Below, piece after piece: positions 18,626 to 28,092 of a stretch of DNA of 62,300 bases; positions within the stretch are counted from its first letter, which is position 1, and every line of letters begins with the position of its first letter. Under the pieces are notes generated by a model. That model searched no databases and was not told the origin of the DNA. It saw only the letters and a list, made by a program, of their open reading frames with translations. The stretch is from assembly GCA_964499705.1 (NCBI GenBank), contig CAZCME010000001.1, positions 134,943-197,242 of the forward strand, given 5' to 3'. Source of the stretch: an uncultured bacterium. Lineage in GTDB: Bacteria; UBA8481. The position numbers and the translations under genes are program-made.

Positions 18626-18976
18626 ATGAATATGCTTGTGAAGCTGGTTCTTTCCGCACTGGCGGTTCTCGTCACCGCCTATCTTCTGCCGGGCGTACAT
18701 GTGGATGGATTCTTTACCGCGCTTGTGGTCGCGGTTGTCCTGGGAATCGTGAACGCCGTCCTGCGGCCGATTCTCTTCATACTCACATTACCCATAAATA
18801 TCATGACGCTTGGATTGTTCACGTTTGTCATCATCGGCGTCTGCGTGCTCCTGGTCTCGGCCATTGTGCCGGGATTCCACGTGGACGGCTTTTTCATGTC
18901 TCTCCTGTTCGCGCTGGTGCTGGCAGTCGTGAATGCGGGATTCGAACTGGTGGCGGGCAAATCCGAGCAGGGGTGA
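18626..18976 (+). CDS. Four-TM 'phage holin family 4'/YvlD-like membrane protein
   Basis: LGIVNAVLRPILFILTLPINIMTLGLFTFVI and VPGFHVDGF motifs. Confidence 0.85.
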   Translation: MNMLVKLVLSALAVLVTAYLLPGVHVDGFFTALVVAVVLGIVNAVLRPILFILTLPINIMTLGLFTFVIIGVCVLLVSAIVPGFHVDGFFMSLLFALVLAVVNAGFELVAGKSEQG

Positions 18977-18979
18977 ACT

Positions 18980-19924
18980 TCAGATCAGGTCTTCGTCCTT
19001 CAGGCTGGCTTCGTAGAATTTCGTGAACTCCGTCCAGTTCTCGCCGTCCATCTGCGCCATCGCCTGCCGCGGGTGCTGGTTCAATATTCCGCAGACCATG
19101 TAAGGAATCTGGTAACCCCACTTGTGCTTCTCCATCATGGACAGGAAGTCCGAGCTGATGAGATCGAGAATGGGCCGGATGTTGAACTTCGGATTCTTGA
19201 GAAACCCCAGCAGGAGCTCGGTCGGGCAGTTGCCGGCGCCGCGACCCATGCCGTAGATCGTGCAGTCGAGATAATTGACGCCCTGGATGATTCCCTCCAC
19301 GGTGTTGGCGAAGGCCAGCTGCTGGTTGTTGTGCATGTGCACGCCGATCTTCTTCCCCTTGCAGAGCGTCTGGTACTTGTTGACGAGATAACGAGCCTGC
19401 TCGCAATAGAGGTAGCCGAAGGAATCGACGAGGTAAACGCCGTCAAGGCCGGTGTCGGCGAGCTGACGGAGCGCCTCGTCGAGATCTGGTTCCAGGGCGT
19501 GCGAAACCGCCATGATGTTGACGAATGTCTCGTAACCTTTTTCCTTGATGTGGTTGGCGAGCGCGATCGCCTTGTCCACGTCCTTGACGTAGCAGGCGAC
19601 GCGCATCGTGTTCACGATGCTCTCGGTCCGGGGGCGGATATCGTCGAGCTCCACGCGCCCGAGATCGACCATTACGGAGATTTTCGTGTCGCAGGGTTCC
19701 GCGACGGCCCGGATGTCCTCCTCAGCGCAGAACTTCCACGCGCCGAATTTCTCGGGCGAGAACTGCTTCTTGGAGGAGAAATACCCGATCTCCATGTAGT
19801 CCACGTTCGCAAGCTTCAAAGCCTGGAAGATGCGGCGGACAAGGTCGTGGCTGAACTGATGGTTGTTGCAGAGGCCTCCGTCTCGGATGGTGCAGTCGAA
19901 GGTCTTGATTTCCGGTCGATACAT
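18980..19924 (-). CDS. DRE-TIM metallolyase, 4-hydroxy-2-oxovalerate aldolase-like catalytic domain
   Basis: DCTIRDGG, YLVDSFG, GVHMHNN, GMGRGAGNCPTE. Start ATG 19924. Confidence 0.8.
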   Translation of the reverse strand: MYRPEIKTFDCTIRDGGLCNNHQFSHDLVRRIFQALKLANVDYMEIGYFSSKKQFSPEKFGAWKFCAEEDIRAVAEPCDTKISVMVDLGRVELDDIRPRTESIVNTMRVACYVKDVDKAIALANHIKEKGYETFVNIMAVSHALEPDLDEALRQLADTGLDGVYLVDSFGYLYCEQARYLVNKYQTLCKGKKIGVHMHNNQQLAFANTVEGIIQGVNYLDCTIYGMGRGAGNCPTELLLGFLKNPKFNIRPILDLISSDFLSMMEKHKWGYQIPYMVCGILNQHPRQAMAQMDGENWTEFTKFYEASLKDEDLI

Positions 19925-19966
19925 GGTCTCTCTTCTTTCGTAATACGGCAAAATACAGGGCAGCAG

Positions 19967-20032
19967 AATACGGGGACAGTATACCATTTTGCGTGAATAA
20001 ATTCACGCAAAATGGTATACTGTCCCCGTATT
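19967..20032. repeat. Perfect 66-bp palindrome (32-bp arms, 2-nt loop)
   Basis: AATACGGGGACAGTATACCATTTTGCGTGAAT-AA-ATTCACGCAAAATGGTATACTGTCCCCGTATT. Confidence 0.95.
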
Positions 20033-20097
20033 ATTTCTGATGCGGGATCAGGATGTCCGATGTTGCGGGGGTTTGTCAATACCCGGTTCAGGGCTCC

Positions 20098-22395
20098 TCA
20101 GGGCGAAACACCCAGGTCGATGTAGGCGGTCTGGCCCAGGACGACCTTGACGCTTGCGGAGTATCCGCTCCAGGTGATGCTGTACGTTCCCGCCGGAAGA
20201 TCGTAGAACTTGGCCTTCCCGGCGGTTTCGCCCCAGCCGGTTCTCGCGGTCTTGTTCGTATTGCCGGAGCAGGAAACCGTGACGCCCTGCGCGAAAACGA
20301 CCTGGCCGTCCGCGTTGGTTTTCCGGACTGTGGCGACGATGGAGGGAAGGGGAATCGGGGTGAGCGAAAAATTAACCGTCTTGGTCTGTCCCGCTTCGAT
20401 GGTGATGGTGCGCGTGGAACGCTTGAAGTCTTCCGCGATCGCGGCGACGGTATACTTGCCGGGCTGAAGTTCCGCGAAGCTGAAGACGTCGCCGCGGGCT
20501 TCCTGGCCTGTGGAGAGCGTCACGACCGCCGTGGAGATCGCCTCTCCCGTGTTCTTGTTCTTGACCGTGCCCTTGATGATGGTGCCGGATGCGGGCGGCG
20601 TCGATCCGCCTCCGCCCGATCCGCCGCCGCGCGCCCGGGTCACCGCGGCCTTCGCGTTCAGGCGGCCGAATCCATATTTCTGGCTGCGGCCGGACGCGTT
20701 GTACGCCGCGGTCGCTGGCTGCACCTTGTCGGCGGTCTCCTTCAGAATCGCTTCGACCTCGTTGGCGCGCAGGTCGGGATTCACGCTGAAGACGAGGGCC
20801 GCGACTCCGGCCGCGATAGGACAGGCTCCGGATGTGCCGTCGAACTGGTTGCCGGGTTCGTCCGTATAGCTCGTCGACGTGTATCCCTTCGACGCCGCTC
20901 GATCCGTCGCGACGAGCCCGGCCTTGTCACCGTAGCCGGCCGGCGCGACGGCGAAGAGCCGGTCGCCGTAATTACTGTAGGTTGTCCGCTTGTCCTGGTG
21001 CGTCGTCGCGCCGATCGCCAGAACATTGATGTTGTTGGAGAGATCGTTCGTGGTGCCGATGTTCGCGTTCTCATTGCCGCTGGCGAAGAGAACAAGCGTT
21101 CCCTTGCCGCCGCGGCCGGATTTGCGGGCATAGGAAAGAGCGGATGTCACGACGCTGCCGGGATCGGTGTAGCCCCAGGAATTGGACATCACATGCGCGC
21201 CATGGTCGGCGGCCCATCGGATCCCGTCGGCCGTTCCCCGCTCGTCGAGTTCCATCGGCGTCCGGAGAAGCATGAACTTGACGCCCGGAGCCACGCCCGC
21301 GACTCCGCGGTTGTTGTTATGCAGCGCGGCCACAAGTCCCCAGACCGGCGTGCCGTGGTTGTCCGGATCCTCCGGGTCGTTGTCGGCGGGTCGGGGATCA
21401 GATGTATTCCGGACGAAGTCACGGGAATGGACGAGGGCGCCGGCAGGAGGAAGATCCGAATGGCCGATGTCGAATCCGTCGTCGAAGATCGCGACGATCA
21501 CCTGGGAATTGCCGGAAGTGAATCCCCAGGCGCCTTCGGCCGATATGTCCGCGCCAATCGTTCCGGCAGTCTGGCCGGTGTTCTTGAGGTGCCATTGGAG
21601 CTTGTAGAGCGGATCCGCCGGCAAGGCTCTCTTCTTCACCTCGCGGAACCAGTTCGGCTCCGCGTAACGACAAGGCACCGCCTTCACAAGCGCGTTGGCC
21701 GCCTTGAATATCTCCTCCGGCCAGGACGCCGTGGTTTTCAGCAGCCACCATTCGTCCGAACTCGTCGCGGCGCGCGTCACGCTCATGCCGAGCGTCTTGA
21801 CCGTTTCCTTGAAAGCCTCGACCGATACGGTCGGATCCGGGATGACGTTCAACTCTCCCGTCGGCACGACGCGCTCGCCGCTGGGAAGCAGGATGGCCGG
21901 CATGTAGCCATTCTTCCGCAGATCCTCGGCGGCCGTTCCGCGTTCCTCCGCGGTCGGCATCTGCTCCGCTGACGCGGCGATCTCCCGCACATCGCGTGCT
22001 CCGTCGGACAACCGGTAGAACTTCGTGGAGGAATAATAGACAGGCATTGCATTTTCGCCGACGCGCGCGAGTCCCAGCGGCGCCTGGGAAGGAGCCTCAT
22101 GCCCGTCGACGAAGACGAGAGGATCGCGGAGCGAAAAGGGGGCGGCAGGAACGTTGGAAGAGGCGGCCGGCCCGAGGGTGGCTCGCATCTCGGCGGACAT
22201 ATCCGCGAACGCCACAAAGGGGAATTCGCCCGGCTTCAGCGCGCCATCGGTAAACTCCACGAAATGATTCGTCGGGTTCTCGGGACCTGTGAACTTCAGA
22301 GACGTGCTCGAAATTTCAGGCGGGCGCTTCAGGAGAAAGAACGCGAATCCCAGGACGAGTCCGAGCGCCAGCGTGAGTTGCAGGTAACGCTTCAC
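20098..22395 (-). CDS. S8 subtilisin/kexin-like serine peptidase with C-terminal carboxypeptidase-regulatory-like Ig domains
   Basis: Triad IFDDG / NHGT / GTSGACP, oxyanion FASGN, SNSWG, YGFGRLNA; N-terminal TM or signal. Confidence 0.9.
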   Translation of the reverse strand: MKRYLQLTLALGLVLGFAFFLLKRPPEISSTSLKFTGPENPTNHFVEFTDGALKPGEFPFVAFADMSAEMRATLGPAASSNVPAAPFSLRDPLVFVDGHEAPSQAPLGLARVGENAMPVYYSSTKFYRLSDGARDVREIAASAEQMPTAEERGTAAEDLRKNGYMPAILLPSGERVVPTGELNVIPDPTVSVEAFKETVKTLGMSVTRAATSSDEWWLLKTTASWPEEIFKAANALVKAVPCRYAEPNWFREVKKRALPADPLYKLQWHLKNTGQTAGTIGADISAEGAWGFTSGNSQVIVAIFDDGFDIGHSDLPPAGALVHSRDFVRNTSDPRPADNDPEDPDNHGTPVWGLVAALHNNNRGVAGVAPGVKFMLLRTPMELDERGTADGIRWAADHGAHVMSNSWGYTDPGSVVTSALSYARKSGRGGKGTLVLFASGNENANIGTTNDLSNNINVLAIGATTHQDKRTTYSNYGDRLFAVAPAGYGDKAGLVATDRAASKGYTSTSYTDEPGNQFDGTSGACPIAAGVAALVFSVNPDLRANEVEAILKETADKVQPATAAYNASGRSQKYGFGRLNAKAAVTRARGGGSGGGGSTPPASGTIIKGTVKNKNTGEAISTAVVTLSTGQEARGDVFSFAELQPGKYTVAAIAEDFKRSTRTITIEAGQTKTVNFSLTPIPLPSIVATVRKTNADGQVVFAQGVTVSCSGNTNKTARTGWGETAGKAKFYDLPAGTYSITWSGYSASVKVVLGQTAYIDLGVSP

Positions 22396-22558
22396 GCGTT
22401 CAGTCTACTTATTTCCATGGATGGGGGAATCTTTTTTTTCGCGGCAATATTCGTCATGAACAGGTTCGGCCTGATCAACCGCGTCGCCGGCCGCCGTGAT
22501 CTTCAGCATGAGCGACTCCGTTACGGAAGTGAAGCATCGGCTTGATCACTTAAAAATC

Positions 22559-22882
22559 TTACTTCTCCTCCCGCACTTTCCAGGTCGCCCCGATCAGGAC
22601 ATAGCGTAGGCTCGCCTTCTCGAGGTCGGTTCCTTCAGGCACCGGAATTCCGGCGCGGACCGGTTCATTCTCGTGCCTGATGAAGACCGGCAGGTCGTGA
22701 CGTTCCGCCACCTTTCCCGCGGCCCGCACACTTTTGCCGACAACTTCGGCGGGCCATTCCTCGAGCGCGTCAATCCATACTGCCTGCGATTCCGATCTGA
22801 CACACGCGCCAAGCTTCGAGTTTTCGGCGAGCCCTTCGACGGTGGCCATCTGCCCCGAAATCATCCGCGCGCACGACAACAA
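22559..22882 (-). CDS. Hypothetical protein (possible small lipoprotein; start uncertain)
   Basis: Protein-like composition. The frame is open back to 22930 and encodes ..FSVALLLSC, a lipobox-like segment with no canonical start before it. Confidence 0.45.
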   Translation of the reverse strand: MLSCARMISGQMATVEGLAENSKLGACVRSESQAVWIDALEEWPAEVVGKSVRAAGKVAERHDLPVFIRHENEPVRAGIPVPEGTDLEKASLRYVLIGATWKVREEK

Positions 22883-22930
22883 CAGGGCGACGGAGAAACA
22901 GCACGCACCGCGCGCGACTCTGAGAACGAT

Positions 22931-23952
22931 CTATCTCGCTGGAGATTCCGCGGGAGCAGCGGACATCGGCGCCACAAAACCCGCTGCAGGAATCCCGTAG
23001 AACGCGCCTGTTTTCCAGGCGTTTTTGTCCCTGTTGGCGTCGCCGTCGCCCTTGATCTCGACTGGGAATAGCATGCGTCCCGATCCAAGCGAGGCGCCGA
23101 ATCCGGGATCCACGATCTTGCCGTCCGCTCCATCCGTGAATTTCATGACGCGGCTCATGAGGCCCTTGCGCAAGACCTTCAGCACGTACTCGCCGGGGTG
23201 CTTCGAGAGGCCCCATTGGCCGTTAAAACCTGATCCGGTTAATGTTGGTGCGCACATTGACGAAAGAAAAGGTAATCCGCGTCCATGCGTCATATTCGGC
23301 ATCGTGATTCGTATTCCGATTGAGTTCCTCTTCGTCGAGAACCTGGCCTGCAATCTCCTCATTGCGCGGGAATCGGTCTTACCACATCGTATACACCGCC
23401 CCGCGATTGATGTTCCGGCAGTGCGCCCGGGGTGCCTTCCGGTACGAAGGGCGTGCTGTACCATACATTCAGAACCTCTCGATAATGAGTGACATCAGCG
23501 TTGGTCGCTTCATCCGGAAGATTGTAAAAAACCCAATTCGGCGGCGCGGTCATGACGCCTTTAGGGAGTTCCGCTTGCAGATGCAGACCCAGAGGTATGT
23601 TTCCCCCGGCGGGAACAGAGTACCGATAATGGTTCCCGTCCTGGCCGTGATCGTTGATGTACCACGTGAATTCAATCTGCGCAAATACGGAATCGCCAAC
23701 GAAGGGTCTCGTGTCGGGATTCCGGCCAGAGAACATGACAAAATTTCCGTTGGCATCAAGCTTTCCAAACTGAATTTTGTAATACGCCGTCTTGAGATCG
23801 GGATGAACATTCCTGAGCATAAGATTCGTGCCCATCAGCCTGATATCCGAGTCGGTTCGCACGCGCGCGTCCGCGCTTCCAGCAACCACGGCGCCGAAGA
23901 AAACCGCGACACAGCAAAGCCCACCTCTCAGCAATAAAACCTTGATCCTCAT
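22931..23952 (-). pseudogene. Probable frameshifted secreted hypothetical protein (three consecutive frames)
   Basis: GGAGGT RBS and a signal-peptide ORF 23952-23359. A protein-like bridge in a second frame (EEIAGQVLDEEE..WTRITFSFVNVR) leads into the C-terminal part in ORF 22931-23464 (PGEYVLKVL..NAWKTGAFYG). Confidence 0.45.
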
Positions 23953-23978
23953 GTTTAACACCTCCCGCAATATTTGAT

Positions 23979-25103
23979 TCATTCTCCTGCAACTCCATTC
24001 CAAATTCCTTCCACGATTAATTCGTCCGGCGTAAACGTAATCGGCCGAAAAGGTTCATACACTCCCTCGACTGTCAGCGCCTCAGGCGTGAACGTCATGG
24101 TGCGAAATGACTGGTACACTCCCTCGACGCTCAGCGCCTCCGGCGTGAATGTCATGGGGAGAAACGATTGGTAGACTCCCTCGACCGTCAGCGCCTCTGG
24201 CGTGAAAGTCATGGTGCGAAATGGCTGGTACACTCCCTCGACGGTCAGCGCCTCCGGCGTGAATGTCATGGATCGAAATGGCTGATAAACGCCCTCGACG
24301 GTCAGCGCCTCCGGCGTGAATGTCATGGATCGAAATGGCTGATAAACGCCCTCGACGGTCAGCGCCTCCGGCGTGAATGTCATGGTGCGAAATGGCTGAT
24401 AAACGCCCTCAACGGTCAATGGATCCGGAGTGAACGTCATCGAATGGAATCCGACATGGGTGATCGAAATTGTGTTCGAAGCAATGCTGCCATTCGTGGC
24501 CGCATCCTGCACCGCGCCCGCTGAAAGCGATATCGAGATCGCGACGTTGGGCGACACCGGCGTTACGGTAAAGTTGTAGTTCGACGCGCTAACCTTGACG
24601 AGCCCGCCCGCGTTTCCGCCAGTAACGACGACGTCCGCCACGCTGAATCCACCGACCGGTTCGCTGAATGTCGCCGTTACCGGGATCGGATTCGTATTGC
24701 TCGGCGAGGCGGCGGAAGTCGAAAGCGTAACCGTCGGCGCCGTCGCGTCGTGCGTCAGCCTCAGAACGTTCGAGGCCAGACTCGAAACGTTGGTCGCATT
24801 CTTCGCCGCGCCGGCCGGAATCGAGATCGTGATGACTTTCATCGAAGACGCCGGCGTCACCTGAAAGGTGAAAACCGTCTTGGTCACGGCGACAAAATTT
24901 CCGAGGGAGCCGTTGATCACGGTGATGTCGGCGGCCGTAAACCCGGCGACCGCCTCGCTGAAGGTCGCGGTGAGCATTTTCGGGGCGATGTTGCTGGGGG
25001 ACGGTGTCGTCGATGAAATCGTCACGGTGGGCGCGGCCGCGATCGCTTGTTGGACGAAACACATGTAGAACGTCGCCAGCAGAGCCGATCGATTAATGCT
25101 CAT
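23979..25103 (-). CDS. Secreted protein with two bacterial Ig-like domains and a C-terminal 19-aa tandem repeat
   Basis: Signal peptide; two copies of PTVT.S..TATFSE.V.GF..AD..V.G; eight units of [ST]MTFTPEALTVEGVYQPFR. Confidence 0.85.
   Translation of the reverse strand: MSINRSALLATFYMCFVQQAIAAAPTVTISSTTPSPSNIAPKMLTATFSEAVAGFTAADITVINGSLGNFVAVTKTVFTFQVTPASSMKVITISIPAGAAKNATNVSSLASNVLRLTHDATAPTVTLSTSAASPSNTNPIPVTATFSEPVGGFSVADVVVTGGNAGGLVKVSASNYNFTVTPVSPNVAISISLSAGAVQDAATNGSIASNTISITHVGFHSMTFTPDPLTVEGVYQPFRTMTFTPEALTVEGVYQPFRSMTFTPEALTVEGVYQPFRSMTFTPEALTVEGVYQPFRTMTFTPEALTVEGVYQSFLPMTFTPEALSVEGVYQSFRTMTFTPEALTVEGVYEPFRPITFTPDELIVEGIWNGVAGE
23990..24443 (-). repeat. 57-bp coding tandem repeat, about 8 units
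   Basis: Units 24241-24297 and 24298-24354 are identical at DNA level; the outer units diverge. Confidence 0.95.
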
Positions 25104-25327
25104 TAATGCTGATTATGCGAACCATCTCGCTGAAATCAAACGCTATGTCAGTACACTTTCTTACATGTGGCTGACGTTTCGATGCCTTCCGGAGTCCGCC
25201 CCCTGCGCTCCGTTGCCGGACATTACTCGCGCTTGGTTCTCGACCTGCTCCTGGAATTCGAGCATGCCGCCGATTGTTCTTGATGCCCCCCCTGACCTCT
25301 GGCCTCCCATGAACTCAGGAAGGGAGC

Positions 25328-26959
25328 CTACTTCCGGCCCAACGACCAATCGCCGCCCACCGGTGCGCGGACAAGGCCGTCGTGCACGGTGTTGGAGAGG
25401 AGATCGTATTTCCGCGTGTAACCGCGCGGCGTCACCATGAGGCCGTTGTACTCGATCGTGGAGGAATTTCCGATGATGAGGGTCGTCAGCATGCCGATGT
25501 CGAATTCCTGGATGCTGTCGAGCGTCGTGATGTTGGCGATCTGCCGTTTCCGATAGGCGGACTTGACGATGCCGACCGGCGTCTTCGGATCGCGGTGCTC
25601 CAGAAAAATTTCCTGGGCGCGGACGAGCTGCTGAGTCCGGCGGCCGGACTTGGGATTGTACAGTCCGCAGATCATGTCGCTCGATGCCGCCGCGACAAGT
25701 CTCCGCTCGATCACATCCCAGGGCGTCAAGAGATCCGAGAGCGAGATCGAGGCATAGTCGTGGGACAATGCCGCACCGAGGAGCGCCGAGATCGAGTTCA
25801 CCGCGGTGACCCCGGGCACCACTTCCACGTCGGGATTGTCGCCCGGTTTCCAGCCCTTCTCGATCAGGTATTCGAACGCCGGCGCGGCCATGCCGTAGAC
25901 GCCCGAGTCGCCGGACGAGATGAGCGAAACGATCTTGCCCTCCTTCGCCTTCTCGTAAGCCGCGATGGCGCGTCCGACTTCCTCGGTCATGCCGCCCCGC
26001 ACGATCTCCTTGCCGTCGAGAAGTTCCTGCACGAGCTTCAGGTATGTGACATATCCGACCACGACATCGGAAGCCATGATCGCCTGTCGCGCGCGAAACG
26101 TCATGTGCTCCCGATGCCCGGGACCGAATCCGACGAGAAAGAGTTTTCCCCGCCCCGGTTCCGTGGGAAGCATGGCCGATATCGGAGCCAGGGACTGGAC
26201 GCTGGCCGGAGTCTCCTTCCGCGGCGCTTCGACGGCTGATCCTTCGGGGATCTTCACGATGATGAGCGACATGTACGGGATGTTCTTGCCCCGGAGCGTG
26301 GTGATGTCCTCCACGATTTCCTCCTCCGGCATTCCACCCTTGATGACGGCACGGGCGGCGGAAAGAAGTCCCCGCGTCTCCAGGTAACGTATGACATTCT
26401 GGATCGAGCGGGAGATCTTCATCAGGACGACGGTTCCTCCCATCGCGAAGGCTTTCTCCATGTTCGCGTCGATCTCCGAATCCGGCACGATCGTGACGTT
26501 CTGGTTCCCGAGCGCCAGGGGCGAACCCAGCCGCGACGAGCAGGCCGTCGGAGAGATAACGCCCGGAGTGATCTCCACATGGATCGCGGGATCGATTTCC
26601 AGCATCGACTGAACGATGTACGCGGACGTGCCGAAGAGCGAGGCGTCGCCGAGGACGGCCATGCCCGCGGATTTTCCCTCGTTGATCTTCAGGAGGATCT
26701 TCTCCGCGGCCTCGCGCCACCTGTTCTCCAGGACGGTCACGTCGTACGTCATCGGCAGGTCGAGGTAGAGGATCTCCGCCGAAGCGCTCATGAATCCTTC
26801 CGCGATCCTGTGCGCCAGCGATTCGCCGTCCGCGCGCGGCGAAGGAACCGCGATGACGTCGAGGGAACGGAGCTTCTCCACGGCTTCGAGTGTCAACCAT
26901 TTCGGGTTGCCGGGTCCCACGGAGACGATGTGCAGCGTCTTGACGCGCGATGTCTTCAT
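25328..26959 (-). CDS. cobIJ: Fused precorrin-2 C20-methyltransferase / precorrin-3B C17-methyltransferase (CobI-CobJ, CbiL-CbiH)
   Basis: Two tetrapyrrole methylase domains: VSVGPGNPKWLT..LGDASLF and VGFGPG..ISSGDSGVYGMA..ISLSDLLTPW..YNPKS..TPRGY. ATGA overlap with the mrp stop. Confidence 0.9.
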   Translation of the reverse strand: MKTSRVKTLHIVSVGPGNPKWLTLEAVEKLRSLDVIAVPSPRADGESLAHRIAEGFMSASAEILYLDLPMTYDVTVLENRWREAAEKILLKINEGKSAGMAVLGDASLFGTSAYIVQSMLEIDPAIHVEITPGVISPTACSSRLGSPLALGNQNVTIVPDSEIDANMEKAFAMGGTVVLMKISRSIQNVIRYLETRGLLSAARAVIKGGMPEEEIVEDITTLRGKNIPYMSLIIVKIPEGSAVEAPRKETPASVQSLAPISAMLPTEPGRGKLFLVGFGPGHREHMTFRARQAIMASDVVVGYVTYLKLVQELLDGKEIVRGGMTEEVGRAIAAYEKAKEGKIVSLISSGDSGVYGMAAPAFEYLIEKGWKPGDNPDVEVVPGVTAVNSISALLGAALSHDYASISLSDLLTPWDVIERRLVAAASSDMICGLYNPKSGRRTQQLVRAQEIFLEHRDPKTPVGIVKSAYRKRQIANITTLDSIQEFDIGMLTTLIIGNSSTIEYNGLMVTPRGYTRKYDLLSNTVHDGLVRAPVGGDWSLGRK

Positions 26960-28023
26960 TTGAGGATCAGCCCGTCCAGGGAAATTTCCCGGGGCTTCGA
27001 AAGAAACCGCGTCGATATTTCTCCCGCGACATTCCGGGCGACCAGAGAAAAGGCATCCGTCATCGGATCGTCGGTCAAAGCGATCGGGGAGCCTGTATCC
27101 CCGAGGATCCGGACCCGGGGATCCATGGGGAGCTTGCCGAGAAATCGCACGCCCCATTGCGCTGCGGCTTTTTCCGCTCCGCCTTCGCCGAAGAGATCGA
27201 TCCGGTCGTCGCAATGCGGGCATTTCAGGTATGCCATGTTCTCCACGACGCCCAGGATCGGCACGTTCACCTTCCGGAACATCGCGATCGCTTTGGCGGC
27301 GTCCTCCAGCGCGACTCTCTGCGGAGTCGCCACGATGACCGCGCCGGAGAGGGGAATCATCTGCGACAGGGAGAGCTGGATGTCGCCGGTGCCCGGCGGC
27401 AGATCCACGACGAGGTAATCGAGCTCGCCCCATTCCACATCCTGGATGAACTGCTTTATGGCTCCATGAAGCATCGGTCCGCGCCAGATGACGGGCTCGT
27501 CGGGATTCAGGAAGAAGCCGATCGAGAGAATCTTCATGCCGAATTTTTCCGCGGGGGAGATCTTCTGGCCGTCGACGCCCTTGGGTTCATGGACGTCCAG
27601 CATCGTCGGAATGTTCGGGCCGTAAAGATCGGCGTCGAGCAGCCCGACGGAGGCTCCGTCGCGCGCCAGGGCGATCGCCATGTTGGCGGAGACGGTCGAT
27701 TTTCCGACGCCGCCTTTTCCCGCGCCGACGGCGATCACATGCTTGACGCCGGGGATGGAGTTCTTCTGGGCGTTGGCCGCCACGCGGCCGGTGATGTTGA
27801 GGTTGATCGTGCCGATTCCCGGGAGTTCATTCAACCGACCCCGGACATCCGCTTCGATCTGCGCCTTGAGAGGACAGGCCGGCGTCGTCAGTTCCACCGT
27901 GAGCGCGACATTCGTGCCCTCGACGACCAGGTTCTTAATCATGGAAAGCGAGACGATATCCCTGTGCAATTCGGGATCGATAACCTTCTTTAATTGTTCC
28001 AATACAGATTCGCGTGTGATCAT
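26956..28023 (-). CDS. mrp: Mrp/ApbC/NBP35 Fe-S cluster carrier ATPase
   Basis: DPEL..DIVSL, LTTPACP, GKGGVGKST, DADLYGP, WRGPM, DLPPGTGD, ENM..CPHC. Confidence 0.95.
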   Translation of the reverse strand: MITRESVLEQLKKVIDPELHRDIVSLSMIKNLVVEGTNVALTVELTTPACPLKAQIEADVRGRLNELPGIGTINLNITGRVAANAQKNSIPGVKHVIAVGAGKGGVGKSTVSANMAIALARDGASVGLLDADLYGPNIPTMLDVHEPKGVDGQKISPAEKFGMKILSIGFFLNPDEPVIWRGPMLHGAIKQFIQDVEWGELDYLVVDLPPGTGDIQLSLSQMIPLSGAVIVATPQRVALEDAAKAIAMFRKVNVPILGVVENMAYLKCPHCDDRIDLFGEGGAEKAAAQWGVRFLGKLPMDPRVRILGDTGSPIALTDDPMTDAFSLVARNVAGEISTRFLSKPREISLDGLILK

Positions 28024-28092
28024 GGACGAAGTATGAACGATGATGTTTGAAGTATGAAGGGAAAACGACAGGAGTTCCCCATCAAGAAGTAA

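Noticed and set aside
18626-18976. Holin-family gene as evidence of a prophage
   Set aside because: The YvlD-like family is common in chromosomes, and no endolysin, capsid, terminase or integrase is nearby.
20053-21972. Long antisense or alternative-frame ORFs (e.g. 20053-21972, 25161-26900, 48999-50684, 60579-62147)
   Set aside because: Arg/Gly-rich shadows of well-supported genes, expected in high-GC DNA.
23990-24443. Regular 57-bp repeats as a possible CRISPR array
   Set aside because: The units are contiguous with no unique spacers, keep the reading frame and vary mostly at synonymous sites; no cas genes are present.
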